Origin: Gemmatimonadota bacterium
GTDB taxonomy: Bacteria > Gemmatimonadota > Gemmatimonadetes > Gemmatimonadales > Gemmatimonadaceae
Direction: 5' to 3'
Assembly (NCBI GenBank): GCA_031372565.1
Contig: JANMLN010000148.1
Location: forward strand, 1 to 54,378
DNA: 54,378 nucleotides
A program made the translations under genes and the position numbers. Under the pieces are notes generated by a model, which was not told the DNA's origin, ran no database searches, and worked only from the letters and a program-made list of their open reading frames with translations. Below, one piece after another: positions 39,302-47,478 of the stretch. Position 1 is the stretch's first letter. Each line of letters opens with the position of its first letter.

Positions 39302-40008
39302 GATGTCAACCGTGTGCCCTTGGGCATCGCCGTGCCCAGTTGCCGGAGCGCCGTCTCGCGCGCGCCGAGTGTCTGCAGGTACGCCTGATTCACGACCGGA
39401 TCGTCCGGTGCCTGCCACAGCGCCGCGCGCACCGCACCGGCGATGTCATCCAGCGCGGCAATGCGCCGCTGCACCTGCTGTTCACTGGGCGCGCCGCCAG
39501 TCGGCCCGTGCGCCGAGAGGTACGCGATCGCTGCCTGATAGGTCTGCGACGACTGTTGCAGGGCCGCGATCGCGTCGGCCTGATTGCCGAACGTCGTCGG
39601 GGCCGGCGCGCCACCGTTCGACACGTTCACGAAGCGCCCGCCAGACTCGGCGCGCGCGGTCAGGCTATACGGAAACGGCACCGTCGTCATGCGGCCCACC
39701 ATGCCACCGCCCACCATCAATACGGCGGCCGCCGCCACGCGCATCCAGCCGCGCATCGCGCGCCGCTCCGCCACGCCATCGATGATGATCCGCTCGTCGC
39801 GCAGCTTCGGCGCAAGCGCCTCCCACGAGGTCAGCGGCGGCATCAGCCGTTCGCGCTCCAGGTGCGCCACGGTCAGCACACGTCCGTACGCCGCGCGCTC
39901 GGAGGCACACGTCGCGCACGCCGCGAGGTGCGCCGCTTCCGCAGCGCTCGGCTCGGCATCGGCCAGTTCGGCCAGCCGGTCAGGTGAGAGGTGTTGGAGT
40001 CGGTCCAT
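39295..40008 (-). CDS. Zinc-binding (ZAS) membrane anti-sigma factor
   Basis: HLAACATC (HxxxCxxC), TM helix WMRVAAAAVLMVGG, overlaps the sigma gene end. Confidence 0.82.
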   Translation of the reverse strand: MDRLQHLSPDRLAELADAEPSAAEAAHLAACATCASERAAYGRVLTVAHLERERLMPPLTSWEALAPKLRDERIIIDGVAERRAMRGWMRVAAAAVLMVGGGMVGRMTTVPFPYSLTARAESGGRFVNVSNGGAPAPTTFGNQADAIAALQQSSQTYQAAIAYLSAHGPTGGAPSEQQVQRRIAALDDIAGAVRAALWQAPDDPVVNQAYLQTLGARETALRQLGTAMPKGTRLTSW

Positions 40009-40555
40009 CGGTTGCCATCCTGGGAAAATCGACGACGTGTGCCAGCAGCTTCCGCAGCTTCGCACGCGCCTTGAACAGTTGAGACTTGGAACCGCCCGCC
40101 GTGATGCCGAGCGAGGCGGCAATTTCCTCGTGCGTGTACCCTTCGACGTCGTGCAGCAGGAAGACCGTGCGCGCCCCCGGCGAGAGCCGCCGCGCCGCCT
40201 CCTCGATCGTGGCCGCGAGCATCGAGCGCTCCGCGTCCTGCTCCACGGCCGCGCTGTCCTCCTCGATCGGCGTCTCGATCGCCGCCAGTCGCTTGGTGCG
40301 CCGGAGGGCGTTCAACGTGCGATTGACCGCAATTCTGTGCGCCCATGTCGAGAATGCCGATTCCCCGCGCCACGTGGGCAGCGCCTTGAAGATCTGGATC
40401 CAGACCTCCTGTGCCACATCCGCCGCAGCATCCGAATCACTCACCAACCGGCGTACCACGGCGTCCACGTACGGCGAGTACCGCGTCCACAAGGAACGCA
40501 GCGCTCGCTCATCGCCTTGGATGGCTCGTTGAACGGTGAGTTGATCGTCAGTCAT
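39980..40555 (-). CDS. ECF RNA polymerase sigma factor
   Basis: AADVAQEVW, FSTWAHRIAVN, FLLHDVEGYTHEEIA..LG..SKSQLFKAR. Confidence 0.95.
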   Translation of the reverse strand: MTDDQLTVQRAIQGDERALRSLWTRYSPYVDAVVRRLVSDSDAAADVAQEVWIQIFKALPTWRGESAFSTWAHRIAVNRTLNALRRTKRLAAIETPIEEDSAAVEQDAERSMLAATIEEAARRLSPGARTVFLLHDVEGYTHEEIAASLGITAGGSKSQLFKARAKLRKLLAHVVDFPRMATDGPTPTPLT

Positions 40556-40735
40556 GCGGATCCGAAGACTTGGTCACCCCGAATGGCGCGAAGGTTGCAT
40601 GGGATTCCTCTGAGGGGACAACCCGGAGCCCAAAAGGGCACGCGCCCACGGTCCGTTGCCGAACCACCCCGGATTCGTCCTCCAAATAGGTCACCTCCAC
40701 CCCCGTCACAACGGGTGGGGCAACCTTCTGTCCGC

Positions 40736-40764
40736 TGGACCTTTGCACGCCCTGCGCCCATACT
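40736..40764 (+). promoter_or_regulatory. Putative sigma70 promoter, TGGACC-N17-CATACT, 8 nt before ATG 40773
   Basis: Canonical 17-bp spacing; no SD before the start codon. Confidence 0.5.
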
Positions 40765-40772
40765 GAGTATAG

Positions 40773-42152
40773 ATGCTTCCCTTCCTTCCCCTCCTCGCCG
40801 CCGCAGTCGTCACCGCGGGCGGACTTCCTGAGCGTGCCCCCAAGGCCGTCGGGATGTCGGCCCAGCGGCTGGCCGCGATCGACCGGGTGATCAAGAAGGG
40901 GATGACGGCGGGCGGCTTCCCGGGCGCGGCCGTCGTGATCGGGCGACGCGGGGCGGCCGTCGTGCGCCGCGGCTACGGCCGACTCGGCTGGACGTCATCG
41001 TCGGGCGATGTCGATGCCGACCGCACCATCTACGATCTCGCCTCGCTCACCAAGGTCATTGGCACCACGACGGCGGTGATGATCCTGTTCGACGAGGGGA
41101 AGATCGCGCTCGAGGATCCGGTCTCCAAGTTCGTGCCGGCCTTCGTGGGCGGCGACAAGAGCCGGGTGACCGTGCGCATGCTGCTCGAGCATCGCTCGGG
41201 GCTGCCTGCCGGTCGCGACCTGTGGCGCATCGCCAACACGCCGGCCGACGCGAAGTTTGCCGTCGTCACCACCGACCTCGTCTGCAAGCCCGGCGATTGC
41301 TACATCTACTCCGATCTGGGCGCTGATCTCCTCGCGTGGGTGGCGGAAACCGCCGCCGGCGAACCTATCGACCAGCTCCTCCGCGCGCGCGTGTTCGAGC
41401 CGCTCGGCATGACCAGCACGATGTACCGTCCGGACGTCTCGCTGGCCTCGCGCGTCGCCCCCACCGAAGTCACCCCACCGCGCGGCTACCCGCTGCGTGG
41501 CGAGGTGCACGACGAGAACGCCTTCGCACTCGGTGGCATTGCCGGTCACGCGGGGCTCTTCTCGACCGCGAGCGACGTGTCGGTGTTCGCGCAGATGATG
41601 ATCAACAGTGGCGTCTACGAAGGCACGCGCATCATCGCCGACAGCACGGTGCGCCTCTTCACGCGTCGCGCGACCGGAACGCGCGCGCTGGGTTGGGACA
41701 CCTGCGCCACGGAACATGGCGGCTGCGGACAGTTCTTCTCCGAGCGGTCGTTCGGCCACACCGGGTACACCGGCACCAGCCTCTGGATCGATCCCGACCG
41801 TGAGCTGTTCGTCGTGCTGCTCACCAACCGCGTGCACGCTGCCCGCGCGCGCCGACCCGCCCTGGTCATTGCCGACGTACGCGCCGATCTGGCCGACGCC
41901 GCCAGCGTCAGCGTGGTCGACGATCCGCTCAACTTCGTGTCGCGGCCCGTCAGCTACCGCGCCGACACCGACTATCGGAAGTGGAATCGCCCCACACCCA
42001 AGCCGCGTCGCAGCCGTGGCGTCCGCAAGGGAAAGGGCGCCAAGAGCGCACCGGCCCGGAGCGCGAAGGGGGCCAAGGCCCGCGTGAGCACGAGCGGCGC
42101 GAAGTCTGCCAAGAGCGCTGCCGCCAAGAAGAAGGGACGCGCTTCGCGCTAA
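40773..42152 (+). CDS. Secreted serine hydrolase (beta-lactamase class C / AmiE-like) with Lys/Ala-rich tail
   Basis: DLASLTK (SxxK), YSD, GEVHDENA..GGIAGHAGLFSTA, GHTGYTG. Confidence 0.88.
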   Translation: MLPFLPLLAAAVVTAGGLPERAPKAVGMSAQRLAAIDRVIKKGMTAGGFPGAAVVIGRRGAAVVRRGYGRLGWTSSSGDVDADRTIYDLASLTKVIGTTTAVMILFDEGKIALEDPVSKFVPAFVGGDKSRVTVRMLLEHRSGLPAGRDLWRIANTPADAKFAVVTTDLVCKPGDCYIYSDLGADLLAWVAETAAGEPIDQLLRARVFEPLGMTSTMYRPDVSLASRVAPTEVTPPRGYPLRGEVHDENAFALGGIAGHAGLFSTASDVSVFAQMMINSGVYEGTRIIADSTVRLFTRRATGTRALGWDTCATEHGGCGQFFSERSFGHTGYTGTSLWIDPDRELFVVLLTNRVHAARARRPALVIADVRADLADAASVSVVDDPLNFVSRPVSYRADTDYRKWNRPTPKPRRSRGVRKGKGAKSAPARSAKGAKARVSTSGAKSAKSAAAKKKGRASR

Positions 42153-42216
42153 CCCACCGGGGGAACCCGAGCCTCGGCTCGTGGATTCACCTCGTACTTC
42201 CCGCTAGGATTCAGGC

Positions 42217-42609
42217 GTGACCCTTCCCGAGCTGACCACCCCCGCCAGCGACCCCGTCGCCGAGCCGACCGCGGCCACCGCCGACGCGGCCACGACGTCG
42301 ACCGCGCCCGGCGTGCTGACCGAGGAGCTGGTCAAGCTCGCGCTGCGACGGGTCAAGGATCCCGAGCTCAACCTGAACATCGTCGACCTCGGCCTCATCT
42401 ACTCGATCAACGTCGACGGTACGGTGGTCAACATCGACATGTCGCTCACGTCGCCCGGGTGCCCCTCCGGCCCCGAGATCATGACCGACGCCGAGAAGGA
42501 AGTCCGCACCGTCGAAGGTGTCACCGACGTGAAGATGAACCTGGTGTGGAGCCCCTTCTGGAGCCCCGACCGGATCGAGCCGCGCGTGCGCGCCTATCTC
42601 GGCTTCTAG
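42217..42609 (+). CDS. Metal-sulfur cluster assembly factor (DUF59/SufT-like)
   Basis: VKDPELNLNIVDLGLIY, LTSPGCP, WSPFW. Confidence 0.92.
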   Translation: MTLPELTTPASDPVAEPTAATADAATTSTAPGVLTEELVKLALRRVKDPELNLNIVDLGLIYSINVDGTVVNIDMSLTSPGCPSGPEIMTDAEKEVRTVEGVTDVKMNLVWSPFWSPDRIEPRVRAYLGF

Positions 42610-42613
42610 CCGT

Positions 42614-42714
42614 TGTCGTCCTGAGCGAAGCGAAGGACCTGCTTCTGCTGTCGTCCTGAGCGCAGCGAAGGACCTGCTTTTGATGTCCTCCCAAGCGCAG
42701 CGAAACACCCGCTT
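42614..42714 (+). repeat. Three direct REP copies at a 35-bp period (42614, 42649, degenerate 42684)
   Basis: 31-bp unit plus a 4-bp linker; nearly fills the gap between convergent stop codons. Confidence 0.88.
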
Positions 42715-43509
42715 CTAGCGCTTTTTCTTGCTCACGCTCGTCACCCGCGTCCAGAACAGCACGGTCCCGCAGGCCGAGTTCATCTTCCGGAACTCGTTCG
42801 GCGTCTCGGCCGGTGTGTAGAACTCCACCGCCTCGAAGTCCGCCGCGCGGAGCGTCTTCCCCAGCTCCATCTGGTCGTATTCGATCCCGTCCACGAACGT
42901 GGCGATGAAGCATTGCACGCCACCCGACTGGAAGGAGCGGCCGCCCCGATCCGCCACGAGTCGCTGCTCACCGGATCCGCCGGCCGTCGCGTCGACAATG
43001 CGGACGCCCTGTATCCCCGTGAGCACATCGAAGGCGCTCACCGCCCCGCGCTTCTCGATATCCGCACGATCGAGAAACTGGCCATGCGTCCGCAATCGGC
43101 GCTCGGCAAACCCGCGCGTGAAGTCCACCGAACCGGACTCCCGGATCTCGAGCCCCGAAAGCTGCGCCACGTTGCTCTCGGTGCGCACCATCAACTCGGC
43201 CGTGTCGCCCTTGGCCAGCCTGAACGCCTGCGACCGCGCGGGACGGATGCCGAAGCGGCGGACGTCGAGTACATAGCTCCCCGGCTCCGGCGCCACGAGC
43301 AGAAAGTCTCCGAGCGAGTCGGTGAGTGCTTGCGCCCGGACCGCGATCAGCCAGCCAGCGGAGTCAGCGAAGAGCCGCACCTCAACCTTGGGGATCGGAC
43401 CGACACCGTCGACGATCACCTTGCCGCGTAGCGCCTGCGCCTCGGCCGTGCGCGCGCCGCCGATCGCGAGTGCACCGTACCCCAGCAGGCGCAGTACGCG
43501 CTTCAGCAT
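42715..43509 (-). CDS. Carboxypeptidase-regulatory-like domain plus TonB-plug-like domain, no barrel
   Basis: Signal peptide, TDSLGDF..PGSY.L.VRRFG, FLDRADIE..DVL.GIQGV, FVDG, EAVEFY, CGTVLFWTR. Confidence 0.75.
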   Translation of the reverse strand: MLKRVLRLLGYGALAIGGARTAEAQALRGKVIVDGVGPIPKVEVRLFADSAGWLIAVRAQALTDSLGDFLLVAPEPGSYVLDVRRFGIRPARSQAFRLAKGDTAELMVRTESNVAQLSGLEIRESGSVDFTRGFAERRLRTHGQFLDRADIEKRGAVSAFDVLTGIQGVRIVDATAGGSGEQRLVADRGGRSFQSGGVQCFIATFVDGIEYDQMELGKTLRAADFEAVEFYTPAETPNEFRKMNSACGTVLFWTRVTSVSKKKR

Positions 43510-43512
43510 CCC

Positions 43513-44736
43513 TTACGCTGGGGACACAGCAGCCAATCGCGCAACCCCGAAGTTGACAATGGGCGCGGCAGCCCCGCCAACCAGCCCCGCGAGATGTTGG
43601 CCAACCGCGGGCCCGAGCTTGTAGCCGTGGCCCGAACCGCCACCGGCGAGCCAGACGTTTGCTGCGGCCGGATGCCGGTCCAGAATCAGATGCCCGTCGG
43701 GCGAGTTTTCGTATACGCAGGTGCGCGATTCCGTGAACGGAGCGCCCGCGAGCCCTGGCAACCGCTCGGCCAACTCCGCCTTCGCCCACGCCATCGCGCG
43801 AGCGGTCGGTGCGCGACTCGCACGCGTCGGGTCGATCTTGGGTCCGCGCACGTCATCCCCCACCTTCATGCCGCGTCCGTCGTTGCCGGGAATGCCGAAG
43901 CTCACACCGGCCTGCCCTGCATGCAGCCAGACGGGGCAACCCGCCGGCTCGTAGCGCCCGTTGCCCGCCGGTGTGCCGAAGTAGAACAGCTCCTGCCGCG
44001 TCGGCGTCACCCCGGCACCGATCACCTTGGGGAAGAGCCGGCCGAGCCAGGGCCCGCACGCGAAGACGAATCGGTCGGCATCGATGCGGCCGCCGTCGTT
44101 GGTCATGAGCGCGCCCATCACGTCGCGCCCGATGCGCCCCGGCTTCACCTCGGCGTGCATCAGGTGGCCGCCTTCGGCGACGAACTGAGCCGCCACCACC
44201 TGACAACCGAGGCGCGCGCGCAAGAAGCCCGCGCCCGGTTCAAGGAAGGCCGTGCGCACGCCGCGCAGCGAGAACTGCGGAAAGCGCTGCGCGACATCGT
44301 CGAGGGTGAGCTCCTCGAGCACGCGCCCCTGCGCGGCCATCACCGGCACGGCGGATCGCACGTACCTGTCGTCGGCCACGGAGAACAGCCACAGCGCTCC
44401 CGTGGGCGTCAGCAGCGTCCGCCCCGTCAGCGCTTCGAGGGCGTGCCACGCGTTGAACGCCTGCACCGTCCATCCGGTGTACAGCGCGCTCGGCCCGTAG
44501 GTGGCGCGAATCACGCGCGTTTCGTCACCACTCGATGACCGCGCGTTCCCGGGGCCCCACGCATCGATGAGCGTGACATCGGCACCGGCGCGGCGCAGGG
44601 CGAGGGCGGTCCATCCACCGAAGGCTCCCGCGCCGACCACCGCCACCCGGAGTCCGCGCAGCGCGTCGGCCGCGAGCACGGGCAGTCGTGTCTCGGGTGC
44701 CTCATCGGGCACGCCTGCATGTTCGAACGCGCTCAC
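43513..44736 (-). CDS. FAD-dependent oxidoreductase, sarcosine oxidase/SolA-like
   Basis: GAGAFG, SSGDETRVIR, CVYENSPDGH.ILD, GGSGHGYKLGPAVG. Confidence 0.88.
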   Translation of the reverse strand: MSAFEHAGVPDEAPETRLPVLAADALRGLRVAVVGAGAFGGWTALALRRAGADVTLIDAWGPGNARSSSGDETRVIRATYGPSALYTGWTVQAFNAWHALEALTGRTLLTPTGALWLFSVADDRYVRSAVPVMAAQGRVLEELTLDDVAQRFPQFSLRGVRTAFLEPGAGFLRARLGCQVVAAQFVAEGGHLMHAEVKPGRIGRDVMGALMTNDGGRIDADRFVFACGPWLGRLFPKVIGAGVTPTRQELFYFGTPAGNGRYEPAGCPVWLHAGQAGVSFGIPGNDGRGMKVGDDVRGPKIDPTRASRAPTARAMAWAKAELAERLPGLAGAPFTESRTCVYENSPDGHLILDRHPAAANVWLAGGGSGHGYKLGPAVGQHLAGLVGGAAAPIVNFGVARLAAVSPA

Positions 44737-44743
44737 GCGACCG

Positions 44744-45958
44744 TCAGGCGTCGCTGTAGGGCGACTCCTCGGCCGCCGTGCCCGTGGCGCCGCTCTTGGC
44801 CGCGCGCGCGCTGAACGGCTTGAGCGCCTTCACGAACTGCGCGCCCATCTCCGCCGCCTGCCAGCGCCGCAACTCCTTCACCTCGGCCAGTTCGTCGGTC
44901 GTGCGCGGCATGCGACGCGCCACCGCTTCGAGCCGATCACGCGCGCACAGCACCCCTGGATCCAGGTCGAGGCGCTTGGCGGCTTCGTCCCGCACCGTCT
45001 TGAGTGCGGACACCTTCGGATCGAAGTCGGGATCGCGATCCCACTTGGCCGACTTGGCGAAGCGCGGCAGGTCGGCCTCGGGGACAGCGTCACCTGCGGC
45101 GATGGCCGCAAGGATCTCCGCGTGTTGTCGCTCGAGCATCCCGCGCGGCATGCCCTTGATGGCGCCCAGCTGCTCGCGTGACGTGGCTCCCGAGCGCGCC
45201 GCCTCGAACAAGACCTCATTGGCCATCACGCGGAAGGTCGAGCGATCAAGCTGCCCGGCGATCAGGTCGCGCCACGCCACCAGCTCCTTCAACCGCGCGA
45301 GCTCGCGTCGCGACAGGTCACGCGCGCCCTTCATGCGCAGGAACGAGCTGCCCGGATCCTCGGGCTCCCAGCGTGTCCCCTCGAGACGCTGGAACTCTTC
45401 CATGGCCCACGCCCAGCGCCCCTTTCGTTCGAGTTCGTTGCGCAGCAGGTCGCGCAGCTCGAGCAGGTGGCGCGTGTCCTGAGCGGCGTAGTCGAGCATG
45501 TCGGCCGTGAGCGGGCGCATGCTCCAGTCGGCGCGCTGGTGCTTCTTGTCGAGCTTCAAGCCGAAGTACTTCTCGAGCAATGCCGCCAACCCGAAGGCGG
45601 GGATGCCGAGCAGCTGCGCGGCGATGCGCGTGTCGAAGATGTTCGTGGGACGCCAGCCGTAGTCCTGATGCAGCAGCCGGAGGTCGTAGTCGGCATCGTG
45701 AAACACGATTTCGACCTTCGGGTCTTCGAGCATCGCTCCCAACCGCGCTGGCGTTCCGATCGGCAGCGGGTCAATGATCGCACTGCGCGCGTCGGTGCTC
45801 AGCTGCAGCAGGTAGATGCGATCGACAAACTTGTGGAAGCTCGCCCCTTCGGTGTCGAGGGCGATGGCGGTGGTGCCGGCCACCGACTCGAGAAAGACAT
45901 CCACGTCCTGCGCGGTGTCCAGATAATCCAGCGGATGGGCACGGCCAGGCGGATTCAC
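44744..45958 (-). CDS. rnd: Ribonuclease D (3'-5' exonuclease plus HRDC)
   Basis: ALDTE, LLQL, FHDADYD, FDTRIAA, ADWSMRPL, YAAQD; GTG 45958 lies 7 nt after TAGATT. Confidence 0.92.
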   Translation of the reverse strand: MNPPGRAHPLDYLDTAQDVDVFLESVAGTTAIALDTEGASFHKFVDRIYLLQLSTDARSAIIDPLPIGTPARLGAMLEDPKVEIVFHDADYDLRLLHQDYGWRPTNIFDTRIAAQLLGIPAFGLAALLEKYFGLKLDKKHQRADWSMRPLTADMLDYAAQDTRHLLELRDLLRNELERKGRWAWAMEEFQRLEGTRWEPEDPGSSFLRMKGARDLSRRELARLKELVAWRDLIAGQLDRSTFRVMANEVLFEAARSGATSREQLGAIKGMPRGMLERQHAEILAAIAAGDAVPEADLPRFAKSAKWDRDPDFDPKVSALKTVRDEAAKRLDLDPGVLCARDRLEAVARRMPRTTDELAEVKELRRWQAAEMGAQFVKALKPFSARAAKSGATGTAAEESPYSDA

Positions 45959-46066
45959 ACCGCAGAATCTATCGCTCGGACGGCGGATCGCTTCCCCCGG
46001 GTGGCCGGTCCGTTCCCCCGGATTCGGCCTGCTCACACCGGGCAAACAGCATGTTCCAGTGTGGCT

Positions 46067-46101
46067 AAATGGTATACTAGATGACGGGCAAATGGTATAT
46101 T
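46067..46101 (+). promoter_or_regulatory. Duplicated AAATGGTATA: two extended -10 boxes (TGGTATACT, TGGTATATT)
   Basis: 10-bp direct repeat at 46067 and 46090, in an unusually AT-rich patch. Confidence 0.55.
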
Positions 46102-46109
46102 ATGAAGTG

Positions 46110-47399
46110 ATGTCGGCTCAACCGCGACCGCCCTACGAAGCACGCGTCGTGGACGCCGAGCTCGACCAGCTGCTGCCCGAGCTTCCCGCGATCGCGATTG
46201 AGGGTCCCAAGGGGGTGGGCAAGACGGCGACCGCGAAGCGTCGGGTCACGAGCGTCTTTCAGCTCGACGATCCCGCGCAGCGCGATGTGGTCCAGGCGGA
46301 CCCGCGCCTGCCGCTCGATGCGCCGCCGCCGGTGCTGATCGACGAATGGCAGCGGGTGCCTGCGATCTGGGACGCCGTGCACCGATCGGTCGACGTCGAT
46401 CCGACACCCAGCCGGATCCTGCTGACCGGCTCGGCCTCGCCCGATGCGGCGCCGACGCATTCAGTTGCCGGTAGCATCGTGACGCTCCGCATGCGCCCGC
46501 TCTCGCTCGCCGAGCGGGCGCTGGCTCGCCCGACCGTCAGCCTCGCGCATTTGCTCGCCGGAGGACGCCCCCCCGTCGAGGGGACCACCACGGTGGGACT
46601 GCGCGAGTACACGCACGAAGTCGTGGCCTCGGGGTTTCCCGGCATCCGCCTCATGGCCGGCCGAGCTCGGCGCGCAACGCTCGATGGCTACCTGTCGCGA
46701 CTGGTGGACCGCGACTTCGCCGAGAACGGGCACGCGGTCCGGCGGCCCGAGGCGCTGCGCCGTTGGCTCACGGCGTACGCGGCGGCCACGGCGACCATCA
46801 TGTCCCTCGAGAAGATTCGCAACGCGGCAACAGCAGGCGATTCCGACTCACCCTCGAAGCTGACGGTGGCTCGGTACCGTGACGTGCTCGAGCGGCTCTG
46901 GATCGTCGACGACGTGCCCGGCTGGCACCCCTCGCGCAATCCGCTCACGCGCCTCACACAGGCGCCCAAGCATCACCTCGCGGATCCCGCACTCGCCGCG
47001 CGATTGCTCGGCGTGGACGAAGGCGCGCTGCTGAACGGGCTGCCGTCCTCGCCCGGCGTAGCCCGCGACGGGCCGCTGCTGGGGCAACTGTTCGAGTCGC
47101 TCGTGACGCAGTCCGTGCGCGTGTACGCACAACAGGCAGCAGCGAGTGTGCATCACCTGCGCACGCGCGAGGGGCGACACGACGTGGACCTGATCATCGA
47201 GCGCGCGGACCATCGCGTCCTCGCCATCGAGGTGAAGCTCTCGGCCACCGTGGACGACGACGATGTGCAGGAGCTGCACTGGCTGCGGGATCAGGTGGGT
47301 GACGATCTGGTTGATGCGGTGGTGGTCACGACGGGACCACAGGCGTATCGGCGCGCAGATGGTATTGCGGTCGTTCCCGCGGCGCTGCTGGGGCCGTGA
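46110..47399 (+). CDS. AAA_14 ATPase with DUF4143 / PD-(D/E)xK-like C-terminus
   Basis: GPKGVGKT, LIDEWQ, LLTGS, LRMRPLS, GFPG, PKHHLADP, FESLV, DVDLI..AIEVK. Confidence 0.9.
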   Translation: MSAQPRPPYEARVVDAELDQLLPELPAIAIEGPKGVGKTATAKRRVTSVFQLDDPAQRDVVQADPRLPLDAPPPVLIDEWQRVPAIWDAVHRSVDVDPTPSRILLTGSASPDAAPTHSVAGSIVTLRMRPLSLAERALARPTVSLAHLLAGGRPPVEGTTTVGLREYTHEVVASGFPGIRLMAGRARRATLDGYLSRLVDRDFAENGHAVRRPEALRRWLTAYAAATATIMSLEKIRNAATAGDSDSPSKLTVARYRDVLERLWIVDDVPGWHPSRNPLTRLTQAPKHHLADPALAARLLGVDEGALLNGLPSSPGVARDGPLLGQLFESLVTQSVRVYAQQAAASVHHLRTREGRHDVDLIIERADHRVLAIEVKLSATVDDDDVQELHWLRDQVGDDLVDAVVVTTGPQAYRRADGIAVVPAALLGP

Positions 47400-47478
47400 A
47401 CGGCGGGCACCGGGGCCCGACCGCGCGCGCCCAGCGGGGCTTTCGCCACGGCAGACACGTGATGTATCGTCTGGCATC

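Noticed and set aside
42614..42714. 31-bp direct repeats as a mini CRISPR array
   Set aside because: Linkers are only 3-4 nt, copies also occur inverted and dispersed, and there are no cas genes.
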